Shown here: in pieces, positions 27,195 through 35,639 of the stretch
Layout: each line of letters begins with the position of its first letter
How positions within the stretch are numbered: position 1 is the first letter of the stretch
NCBI GenBank assembly: GCA_038227875.1
Contig: JBBRPR010000002.1
Location: forward strand, 96,001-160,000
Direction of reading: 5' to 3'
DNA length: 64,000 nucleotides
DNA from: Planctomycetota bacterium
Lineage (GTDB): Bacteria > Planctomycetota > SZUA-567 > H5-PLA8
Program-made: the position numbers and the translations under genes
The notes under the pieces: model-generated
Seen by the model: the letters and a program-made list of their open reading frames with translations, nothing else
Database searches by the model: none
What the model was told of the DNA's origin: nothing

Positions 27195-28048
27195 GCAGTA
27201 TCGAGAAAGCGCAGCCCCCCGCGACGCAGGCGTCGCCAGCCCACACGCGTGTGGCCTCGGACGCTCCCTTCTATACCGGGATGATCCTGATCGGCGGATT
27301 CTACATCTTCATGATCGTGGCGATGCTGGTCGCGGATCTGAAGTACACCAGCATCCCGCACATCTTCGACGCGCTGAAGAGTCCCGAGATCGCCTACTCG
27401 ATCAAGCTCAGCCTGGTCTCCTGTACGTTCACCACGCTGCTATCGGTCTGGGTCGCGGTGCCGCTGGGCTATCTGCTCTCGCGCCACAAATTTCCGTTCA
27501 GCAGCCTGGTCGATGCGCTGCTGGATATTCCGATCGTGCTGCCGCCGCTGGTGGTCGGCTTGAGTTTGCTGATTCTCTTTCAGACGCCGGCCTTCCGGAA
27601 GCTTGAAGAGTTCATCCCCATCACCTTCGCGGTGCCCAGCGTGATCCTGGCGCAGTTCATGGTCGCCGCGGCGTTCGCGGTGCGGACGATGCGCGTGACC
27701 TTCGACCAGATCGCCGTCCGCCAGGAACAGGTCGCGATGACACTGGGTTGCACGCGCAGCCAGGCCTTCTTCCACGTCGTCCTGCCGCAGGCGCGCAAGG
27801 GCATCATCACCGCCGCCACGCTGGCGTGGGCGCGCGCGCTGGGTGAGTTCGGACCGATCCTGATTTTCTCCGGCGCGACGCGTGGCCGCACGGAAGTGCT
27901 CTCGACGACTGTTTACCTGGAATTCAGCGTCGGCAACATCGACGCCGCCGTCGCCGTCTCGCTCCTGATGATCGCCACCTCCGTCGCCGTACTGATCGCG
28001 ATGCGCAGCTTCGGCCTGACCGGATTCTGGAAGGCGGCGTCGGCATGA
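27191..28048 (+). CDS. modB: molybdate ABC transporter permease
   Basis: DIPIVLPPLVVGLSLL, EAA-like loop, WARALGEFG; GTGA overlap with modA. Confidence 0.9.
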   Translation: MSSIEKAQPPATQASPAHTRVASDAPFYTGMILIGGFYIFMIVAMLVADLKYTSIPHIFDALKSPEIAYSIKLSLVSCTFTTLLSVWVAVPLGYLLSRHKFPFSSLVDALLDIPIVLPPLVVGLSLLILFQTPAFRKLEEFIPITFAVPSVILAQFMVAAAFAVRTMRVTFDQIAVRQEQVAMTLGCTRSQAFFHVVLPQARKGIITAATLAWARALGEFGPILIFSGATRGRTEVLSTTVYLEFSVGNIDAAVAVSLLMIATSVAVLIAMRSFGLTGFWKAASA

Positions 28049-28680
28049 TCCAGGTCAAAGATCTGACCATCCGCAATGGCGCCTTCAGCATCGAGAAGGT
28101 GAACTTCACCATCGAAACCGGCGCCTACGCGGTGCTGATGGGATCGACGGGCAGCGGTAAAACGTCGATCCTCGAAGTCCTCTGCGGGATCAAGAAGATG
28201 GATTCCGGCAGCGTCTCGATCATGAACCGCGATGTTTCCAAATTGAAACCGGCGGAGCGCAATATCGGGCTGGTGCCTCAGGACGGCGCGCTCTTTTCGA
28301 CCATGACCGTGCGCGAGCAGTTGTCGTTTCCGCTGACGATCCGCAGTTGGAAATCCGCCGCGATCAACAAGCGCATCGATGAGCTCGCGCCGCTGCTGCG
28401 CATCACCCATTTGCTCGGCCGCCTGCCGCAGGGCCTGAGCGGCGGCGAAGCGCAACGCGTGGCGCTGGGCCGTGCGCTCTCGTTTTATCCGGAAGTGCTC
28501 TGCCTCGACGAACCGCTTAGCGCCACCGACGAAGAGATGCGCGTCGAGATGTACGAACTGCTGCGCACCGTCCAGAAATCGACCGGCGTGACGACGCTGC
28601 ATGTGACCCACAGCCAGGCCGAAGCCAAGGCGCTGGGCGACCGCTGTTTCACCATTCGCAATGGCAAACTCGGAGAGTAG
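28045..28680 (+). CDS. modC: ABC transporter ATP-binding protein (ModC-like, no TOBE domain)
   Basis: GSTGSGKT Walker A, LSGGEAQR, LCLDEP, HVTH. Confidence 0.88.
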   Translation: MIQVKDLTIRNGAFSIEKVNFTIETGAYAVLMGSTGSGKTSILEVLCGIKKMDSGSVSIMNRDVSKLKPAERNIGLVPQDGALFSTMTVREQLSFPLTIRSWKSAAINKRIDELAPLLRITHLLGRLPQGLSGGEAQRVALGRALSFYPEVLCLDEPLSATDEEMRVEMYELLRTVQKSTGVTTLHVTHSQAEAKALGDRCFTIRNGKLGE

Positions 28681-28685
28681 CGGCG

Positions 28686-28988
28686 ATGGATTCCGATTTG
28701 AAAACAAGCGGCAGTGTGGCGATCAGTTACTTTGGCACGTTGCGGAAAGTCTCCGGCGTCGGCCGCGAGACGGTAACGCTCAACGGCGCCAACCGCATTT
28801 CCGATGTCGTCCGCCGCCTGGCTGAACTGCATGGCGAACCCCTGAAGAGCGCGCTGTTGGACGCCAACGGTTTGATCCGCGAATACCTGCTGATCAGTGT
28901 CGGCGACGAGGAAATCGACAAAACCGGGTCAACGCAGGTTGCGGGTGGCGATGAGATCAGTATCTTCTCTCCCATCTCCGGCGGATAA
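28686..28988 (+). CDS. moaD: MoaD/ThiS-family sulfur carrier (ubiquitin-like)
   Basis: 100 aa beta-grasp pattern, ends DEISIFSPISGG. Confidence 0.85.
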   Translation: MDSDLKTSGSVAISYFGTLRKVSGVGRETVTLNGANRISDVVRRLAELHGEPLKSALLDANGLIREYLLISVGDEEIDKTGSTQVAGGDEISIFSPISGG

Positions 28989-28997
28989 TTTGAAGCG

Positions 28998-29747
28998 ATG
29001 AACGAATCGAAGTTGACCGATCAGGAACGCGCAGTCTACGAGTGGCAGATGTGGTCGCCGCAATTTGGCGAACGCGGACAGGAAGCGCTGAAAGGCGCAT
29101 CGGTGCTGATCACGCGCTGCGGTGGTGTGGGCAGCGCGGTGGCCTATTATCTCGCGGCCGCCGGCATCGGGCGGCTGGTGCTCGCGCACGAAGGCAACGT
29201 CAAGCCCAGCGACCTCAACCGCCAGATCCTGATGACCGACGACTGGGTCGGCAAGCCGCGGCTGGAATCCGCCGAGCGCCGTCTGCATGATCTGAATCCC
29301 CGCGTGAAGATCGAGACGGTCGGCGAAAACGCGTCGGACGCCAACGCCCGCGACCTGGTCAGCCGCGTGGATCTGATTGTCGATTGCGCGCCGATGTTTC
29401 AGGAACGGTTCGCGCTCAACGGCGCGGCGGTGGCGCAGAAAAAGCCGCTGATCGAATGTGCCATGTTCGATTTCGAAGCGCAGATCACCACGATCATTCC
29501 CGGCGTGACGCCGTGCCTGGCCTGCCGGCATCCGTCGCAGCCCGAGGCGTGGCGGCGGCAGTTTCCCGTCTTTGGCGCGGTCGCCGGCATGGTCGGCGCG
29601 ATGGGCGCGGTGGAGGCGATCAAGCAGCTCTCCGGCGTGGGCCAGACGTTGGCGGGCGAACTGCTGATGTGCGATCTCGCCTCGATGTCGTTCCGCAAGA
29701 TCAAGCTGCGCCGCAATCCGGAATGCGCGGTTTGCGCTAACGTTTGA
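28998..29747 (+). CDS. HesA/MoeB/ThiF-family E1-like adenylyltransferase
   Basis: CGGVGS nucleotide loop, SDLNRQ, CLAC and CAVC zinc pairs. Confidence 0.9.
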   Translation: MNESKLTDQERAVYEWQMWSPQFGERGQEALKGASVLITRCGGVGSAVAYYLAAAGIGRLVLAHEGNVKPSDLNRQILMTDDWVGKPRLESAERRLHDLNPRVKIETVGENASDANARDLVSRVDLIVDCAPMFQERFALNGAAVAQKKPLIECAMFDFEAQITTIIPGVTPCLACRHPSQPEAWRRQFPVFGAVAGMVGAMGAVEAIKQLSGVGQTLAGELLMCDLASMSFRKIKLRRNPECAVCANV

Positions 29748-32700
29748 GCGCCTGAATTAGACGTTCCGTCGCGCGCGGCGTCGGGAAGCTCGAGTAGTCG
29801 CGCGGCGCATATCCATTCCATGCGTCTTTCACGCGCTCAACGCTGAGCGAGCGGTTGCTGCAGTCGCGCAGGTCTTCGGCGAGCACGTTGGTCTTGTCTT
29901 GCAGCGACGAAACCACGTCGCTCACGTCTGCAACACTCAGCAGCCCCGGAATTGCCGCGTCGACGGGAAGATAATGGTAGCGCCGGTCGAGGATCGAGGC
30001 GAAGGATGCGACCGTGCCCCGCGCGAGCACAGCCTTGATCGGAATCGACTTCCCGTCCAGCTCGACGGGGTATTGCGCGGCCATTAGCGCCAGCCAGCCG
30101 CCGGCCGGCTCGACATATTGTCGTGGCGAAGGGCCGGTCTGGCGGAAGCCGGTTTCGTCGAAGAGCACAGGCTCGTCGCTGCTACCGTCGGGCTCGTTGA
30201 GCGCCTCGCCCCACAGCGCGAGATGTGACGCGTCGATACCATCACGCGTGGCGAGGAAGCGCAGCGCGGTGCGCACATCCTGGAGCTGGCGCACGGGCAG
30301 ACTGTCGTTCTGCATCCACAGTTCGGTCGCCAGCGACGCGGTCGCGCCTTCGGGCAATTGATTCGGATTGGCCGCGGTCTCGCCGCAGCCGCGAACATCG
30401 AGCAGTGCCACGGCGACGCCGGCATTCAGGAGCGACTGAACTTCTCCCGCGCGCGCGGCAAGGAAGCGAGCCTTGCCCGCCTGAGCAACACAGAGCACCA
30501 GCGGCGTTGGCGTCTTTGCTGCAGCGGGTTTGAGCAGCCACAGCGCCAGTCCGAGCTGTCCGTCCTCAATGGGGATCCAGATTCCGTCCACGCTAGCACC
30601 GCGCCACGGTTTTTGCGGCGTGACCACGACGGATTTAGAATCGAAAGCGCCCGGTTTGGACGTGCTGAGCAGCCGATCGATCGGCTCGCCCACCACTGAA
30701 CTATCGTGGGGACCGCGCGCTTTCGCCAGGTGGGCGCGCATCATCTCGGTAGCGATCTGCAGCGGCTCGCGCAACTTCTTGGCGGCGTCCAACTCATCAC
30801 GGTACGCGACGCCGTCGGGCGTGGTCGTGCATTCCAGTGACGGCACCGGCACGGTCTTGCGGTACTCGTCGGCGTCCTTCTCGGGGAGCTTCATGCCCCA
30901 CCATTCGTTGATGATGCGGTACATCGGCAGCCGGTGCATCGTGTTGAAATGGGTGGCGTGCGTGTTGACGCCGCCGTGCAGCATCGCGAGGTTCTTCTCC
31001 GCGCCCAGCCACGCGTACACCTTCTGGAAACGCTCGAAGGCGGACTGCAACTCGGGTTTCCAGTCGAATTCCTGCGCGACGATCAGTCGGCGCGGCGCGA
31101 TCAGCGCGTTGACCATCCACGGCGTGTACCCGCCGCTGTTCGCACCCATGTACGTGCGGCAGGGATCCCAGTAGCCGCCGAACGGGCGTGGCATCACGAA
31201 GTTGAAAGGCACGGAGAGCGAAATCCGGTCGTCAACCACCGCAGCCAGCGCGCTCAGGTCGCCGCCGCCGGCCACGCCGCCCACGATGCCCACGCGCTTG
31301 GCGTCGATGTCGCCGCGCTGCAGCAGGCAGTCGACCGCGCGCGAAACATCCCATGCCGTCCAGCCGGCCAGTTCGGTTCCAGCCAGCAGCAGTTGCGTGC
31401 CGATTTCGTTGCGCTGATACGATTGATGTTCCCACGCCGCGATGGTCGAGCGTTCGCCGGTACCGAGGGATTCAATGGCCAGCACCACGCCGCCGGCCCG
31501 CGCGAAGTTCGCGCCGAGGACTTGAAGATCCGAATTGTTGCGCGGCGTGTGGTGCGCGGGAATGATGATCAGCGCCGGGCGCTGCGCTCCGTCCTTCGCA
31601 GCTTCGAGCGGCAGATAAAGTGTCGCGGGCACCAGCAGGCCGGGGCGGGATTGGAAGAGGATGCCCTGGATCTGGAAACCGTCGGCCGTCTTGGTGAAGA
31701 CCGTCCGCGCGTCCAGCGGCGTGCGTTCGGGAAGTTTGCCGCCGGATTCCGGGAACATCGCGCGCATCAAGTCGGCACGGATCTTCGCGGCGAAGGCCGT
31801 CCACGCATCGGCGTTGTCGATCTTCGCAAACGTCTCTTCATACTGCTGATTGAATTTAGTCTTCCGCGCGGTGATCCACGACTCCAGCATCTTCGTGGAC
31901 TTGAGTTCCTTCCGCCGCTCGGCGCTCAACACCGCTGCGGGCAACTCGGGCCGTTCGAGCACCGGAGACGCAATCGGCTGAGCCGACGCGTCGACGATCC
32001 GCAGCGTCGCGAAGCGCAGCGGGCAATGCCCGGTGGCGCTGCGCGTCACGGAGAGCAACGAAATCTGTTCGGCCTGGCTCAGAGTCTCGCGCGGCGTGCG
32101 CGTGCGCGAGATCTGAATCCACCACGGGTATACTTCCGGCGAGCGCGGCGACGGCAGCGCGAGCGTGGCGTAAACGCTGTTCAGGGGAATCGTGAGATCG
32201 ACGGTCCACGCATCCGCGCCGCGCACGACTTTCGCGCTGACGCCGGGTGGGATCGGAATCGGTTTCACATTCTTGCCGCCGGTCTTGCCGCGCGACGTTT
32301 CCACTTTTTCAAATGGATTGAACGCGACCTGCAGGTAGCCGAAGCGCTCCGGACCCACGAAGACTTCGAGGTTGTCCTGATTCCAGACGCCGCCGTCGCC
32401 ATCCTTGAGCAGCTCCGGATGGTCTTCGTGGCAGACGATGCGCAGCAGCAGCGCGTCGCGGGTCAGCGCGGCGCGGACTTCGGTGGTTTGGAATTCGGGA
32501 TCCAGCGGCGTGTTGCCGCTGTCCTCGCGCAGCAGCGTGGCCGGGAGCATCGACCACGCGGCGGCATCGGCCGGAGCCGCGTTGCACCGCCCGGCGTCGA
32601 TGACCGCTGCGCCGAAAAAGTGTTCGGGCAGCGCCGCGGTGACGCGCACGGTCTTCGCGAGTTCGGCTGTCGGAAGCGGTACGAGCAACGACTGGTTGCT

Positions 32701-33336
32701 CGGAGGAACGCTGGTCTCTTCAAACGGCGTCAGGCCGCGCTGCTGGCGCTGGCGGTAAATCCGCAGCGTGGTGTTGGCGGGAAACTGGCCGTCTTTTTCC
32801 AACTCGCGCAAGTCCACGGCGACTTCCGCGCGCCAATGACCTTTCGTGATGCGCGCCGAGGAGAGGATCGCCGAACGCAGGATCGGCGCGGCATCGGTCG
32901 TGCCGTTCACATTACACCAGAGCGAACCCAGCGGGTTGACCAGGATCTCGACGGACTGCGAACCCTTCAGTTGGATGCCGAACGAATCGTCGAACCAGAG
33001 GTCCGCGCCGTGAAGCGACTCCTGCGCGACGATGCCGTCGGGTTCGTTGGCGTCGAGAGCCAGCAGCAACCAGCTTCCCGCACGCACGGCCCGCACCGTG
33101 GACGTGCGATCGGCACGCTCCGGCTTTCCGGCGCTCAACATCAATGGCGGCAGAGTGCGCGCGCGCGACCAGACGGCGTCGTGACCCGCGCCATCCAGCA
33201 GCACGGCGTTGGTCACTTCTGCAATGGGGATGTCAAAACCAGGAGGCGTCATCGATTCATTCGTGTCTTCGGCCCAGGAATTCATGGCCGCCAGACAGAG
33301 GACGGCCAGCCCTACCCATCGATGTCCACGGCTCAT
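29737..33336 (-). CDS. large secreted protein: CBM9/DOMON-like domains plus two alpha/beta-hydrolase (acetylxylan-esterase-like) modules
   Basis: Signal peptide; LDG..DAVW, LWFDDSF, VWNQDNLEVF; FQSRPGLLVPATLYLP, DVSRAVDCL..R.DID..RVG. Confidence 0.78.
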   Translation of the reverse strand: MSRGHRWVGLAVLCLAAMNSWAEDTNESMTPPGFDIPIAEVTNAVLLDGAGHDAVWSRARTLPPLMLSAGKPERADRTSTVRAVRAGSWLLLALDANEPDGIVAQESLHGADLWFDDSFGIQLKGSQSVEILVNPLGSLWCNVNGTTDAAPILRSAILSSARITKGHWRAEVAVDLRELEKDGQFPANTTLRIYRQRQQRGLTPFEETSVPPSNQSLLVPLPTAELAKTVRVTAALPEHFFGAAVIDAGRCNAAPADAAAWSMLPATLLREDSGNTPLDPEFQTTEVRAALTRDALLLRIVCHEDHPELLKDGDGGVWNQDNLEVFVGPERFGYLQVAFNPFEKVETSRGKTGGKNVKPIPIPPGVSAKVVRGADAWTVDLTIPLNSVYATLALPSPRSPEVYPWWIQISRTRTPRETLSQAEQISLLSVTRSATGHCPLRFATLRIVDASAQPIASPVLERPELPAAVLSAERRKELKSTKMLESWITARKTKFNQQYEETFAKIDNADAWTAFAAKIRADLMRAMFPESGGKLPERTPLDARTVFTKTADGFQIQGILFQSRPGLLVPATLYLPLEAAKDGAQRPALIIIPAHHTPRNNSDLQVLGANFARAGGVVLAIESLGTGERSTIAAWEHQSYQRNEIGTQLLLAGTELAGWTAWDVSRAVDCLLQRGDIDAKRVGIVGGVAGGGDLSALAAVVDDRISLSVPFNFVMPRPFGGYWDPCRTYMGANSGGYTPWMVNALIAPRRLIVAQEFDWKPELQSAFERFQKVYAWLGAEKNLAMLHGGVNTHATHFNTMHRLPMYRIINEWWGMKLPEKDADEYRKTVPVPSLECTTTPDGVAYRDELDAAKKLREPLQIATEMMRAHLAKARGPHDSSVVGEPIDRLLSTSKPGAFDSKSVVVTPQKPWRGASVDGIWIPIEDGQLGLALWLLKPAAAKTPTPLVLCVAQAGKARFLAARAGEVQSLLNAGVAVALLDVRGCGETAANPNQLPEGATASLATELWMQNDSLPVRQLQDVRTALRFLATRDGIDASHLALWGEALNEPDGSSDEPVLFDETGFRQTGPSPRQYVEPAGGWLALMAAQYPVELDGKSIPIKAVLARGTVASFASILDRRYHYLPVDAAIPGLLSVADVSDVVSSLQDKTNVLAEDLRDCSNRSLSVERVKDAWNGYAPRDYSSFPTPRATERLIQALKR

Positions 33337-33339
33337 GGA

Positions 33340-35424
33340 CTACTTTCCGCCGGCGGAGATGATGACTGCTTCGTTGGTCTCCATCGCGCCGCCCTTCACG
33401 GTGTACTCCTTGGACTTCTCGGCAGCGTCGATCTTCTCGACGTGTTCGCCGCCGGTCCATTTGTGCGTGATGGTCAGCGGCAGCGCGCCGGCCTTCTTGT
33501 AGTGAACGTAGATGCCGAAGAGGTGATTGAGCGCACCGTTGCCGCCCTTGGTGTAGAACTTGACCAGCACCGAGCGCGTCGGCTGGGCTTCAAACGGGCT
33601 GGAACGGATGGCGGTCTTCGACGGCGTGCAGCCGGGGCTGTAGGCCTTCTTCTGCTCGAAATCCAGGATGCCGTCGACGCACTGCATCCAATGTTCTTCC
33701 TGGTACTTCTCGCCTTCTTCGCCGGCGGAGACGACGCCCTGTTCGCAGGCGGTGACCCACGTCTTGCCGTCGTCGATGGAGAACGCGACGCCGTTGCGCG
33801 TGCTCTTGGATCGGCAGCCGAACTTCGCGCCGGTTTGCACGCGGACGATGTCGCCGGGCGCGTCGACCTTGAAGATCACCGCGCCTTCGTTGCCTTGGAA
33901 CGTGTAGTGTTGGCTGATGTTCTCTGCGAACGCGGCCACGCGTTCAGTCTTGTACGCGGTGCGGTCGAGTTCCTCCTTGCTGATGGTGATGTCCGGTGCG
34001 TAGAGCAGGCAATCCGTATCGCTGCGGGTGAAGGTCATCTTCGTCGGACCATCGACGTACGGCAGCGATGCCGGCGAAACCGTGCCGCGCACCACGCTCT
34101 TGAACGCGGAAACTCCAGAGCCCGCGCCCTGGAAGCTCAGCTTGATCATCCAATCGTACTGCGACTGCAACTGAGGCGTGAGATCGAGCGAGAACTTGCC
34201 GCCCTTGTCGTGGACGACCGACCACGACTTGCCGAGGTCCAGCGAGAGCGAAACGGTGCCCTTATCGTTGGCGAATTCGCCTTCGAACTTCGCGCCGTCG
34301 TTGTCGTCCTTGGGATCGTTGAGGGCGTTGGGGCAGCCCACGCAGCCGTAGGGGCTGTAGTAATGGTAGACGACCTCCGCCGGAGCGGCCGCGTCTTCGG
34401 GACGGAAGAACGGAGCGGCGGGGTTGTAGGCCACGTTGGTTTTCTGGAAGAGGCCGTCGAGGCTCGACTTTTTGTTCAGCGGCGGTTCATACGTCATTTC
34501 GAAATTGCCGTACCGCGCCATGCCGCCGTCTTTGAAAATGTACCAGGTCTCGGGGCGTTCGGGGCCCTGCTTGTGCTGATTGACCAGCGTCTTGTATGAG
34601 TCGCTGTCGGCGTTGGCCGGCACGGCGAAGTGGAACTTCGGCGCCCACTGCCGCTTGAAGTAGCGCGCGAGCGTCTCGCCTTCGCGCAACGAGAGGTTCA
34701 TGGAATGCGCGCTGACTTTGCGGCCGTACATCAGGTCGTGGATGCCGCCGTTGAGGCAGCCCCATTCGCCATTCGGGGAATCGTACTTGAAGTAACCTTC
34801 CGGCTGCTTCTCGTGCTTTTCCAGGAGCAGATTCTTGTTCGCGTTGATTTCATCGACCGAGGGGACGGTGCCGTCTTCCTTGCGGCGGCAGAAGCCCATC
34901 ATGTCGACGTCGAAGTGATGCCATTTGCCGTCGTACTTGGCTTCGCAGACGGTGTGGCCGTCGACGCCGCCGATGCGTCCGGTCATGCCGGCCGCGTTGA
35001 AAAAGTAATCTTCAATCCACGAGATCGAACCGCAGATGGCGTAGCCGTAAACGTTGAGCAGTTTGGTGGCGTCCATGACCTTCGCGTTTTCGTTGTTGTA
35101 CTTGCGCGACTTCAACGTGTCGGCCATGGGCTCTTCCGGCGGCATGTGATGGTAGGAGTGCCGGATCAGGTAAAAGTAAATCGCTTCCGCCTTTTCCTGG
35201 TCCTTCATCTCCGGCTTGAGAATGGTTTTGAGCACGTTCTCAATGTTGGAGAGATCGGGGTTCTTCTCGCTGACCACCTTGACGCCGTTGGCGCCGGCCT
35301 CGTCTGCGCAGAAAGCTGTGGTACACACGGAAAACGCCAGGGCGAAGGCGAGCGCCGAAAATCCAAGATTACGCAAGGGAGATCTCCACAAACCAGAGAA
35401 AAGCGATGCTTCAAAATCAAACAT
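33340..35424 (-). CDS. secreted transglutaminase-like (Cys-His-Asp) protein
   Basis: YGYAICG, GHTVCEAKYDGKWHHFDVD; signal peptide; true start may be TTG at 35376. Confidence 0.7.
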   Translation of the reverse strand: MFDFEASLFSGLWRSPLRNLGFSALAFALAFSVCTTAFCADEAGANGVKVVSEKNPDLSNIENVLKTILKPEMKDQEKAEAIYFYLIRHSYHHMPPEEPMADTLKSRKYNNENAKVMDATKLLNVYGYAICGSISWIEDYFFNAAGMTGRIGGVDGHTVCEAKYDGKWHHFDVDMMGFCRRKEDGTVPSVDEINANKNLLLEKHEKQPEGYFKYDSPNGEWGCLNGGIHDLMYGRKVSAHSMNLSLREGETLARYFKRQWAPKFHFAVPANADSDSYKTLVNQHKQGPERPETWYIFKDGGMARYGNFEMTYEPPLNKKSSLDGLFQKTNVAYNPAAPFFRPEDAAAPAEVVYHYYSPYGCVGCPNALNDPKDDNDGAKFEGEFANDKGTVSLSLDLGKSWSVVHDKGGKFSLDLTPQLQSQYDWMIKLSFQGAGSGVSAFKSVVRGTVSPASLPYVDGPTKMTFTRSDTDCLLYAPDITISKEELDRTAYKTERVAAFAENISQHYTFQGNEGAVIFKVDAPGDIVRVQTGAKFGCRSKSTRNGVAFSIDDGKTWVTACEQGVVSAGEEGEKYQEEHWMQCVDGILDFEQKKAYSPGCTPSKTAIRSSPFEAQPTRSVLVKFYTKGGNGALNHLFGIYVHYKKAGALPLTITHKWTGGEHVEKIDAAEKSKEYTVKGGAMETNEAVIISAGGK

Positions 35425-35425
35425 T

Positions 35426-35552
35426 TGTTCTGTATTTAGTACACCGTGCTCGAATTTCTGTTAAGGCCATTTTCACGCGATTTTGCACGCATTGCTGCGG
35501 AAATACTGGTGTATCGTAAACAGTCCGCATGTTCTGTTCTATGTACAGTACA
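35426..35552. promoter_or_regulatory. divergent promoter region with two TGTTC-N8-GTACA sites (35426-35443; overlapping pair 35530-35552)
   Basis: TGTTCTGTATTTAGTACA and TGTTCTGTTCTATGTACAGTACA. Confidence 0.65.
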
Positions 35553-35639
35553 ACAACGAGGTGAAAATCCACGTTTGCACGATGGGTGTGGGAGTTGGAG
35601 CCGGTGCGCCGGCTTCAAATGGGGCCAACAGGAGCGATA

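Noticed and set aside
30934..34599. 1221-aa + strand ORF and other long antisense ORFs (18299-20149, 35436-37190, 57393-58952)
   Set aside because: Shadow frames of real genes, expected from high-GC codon bias; no recognisable motifs
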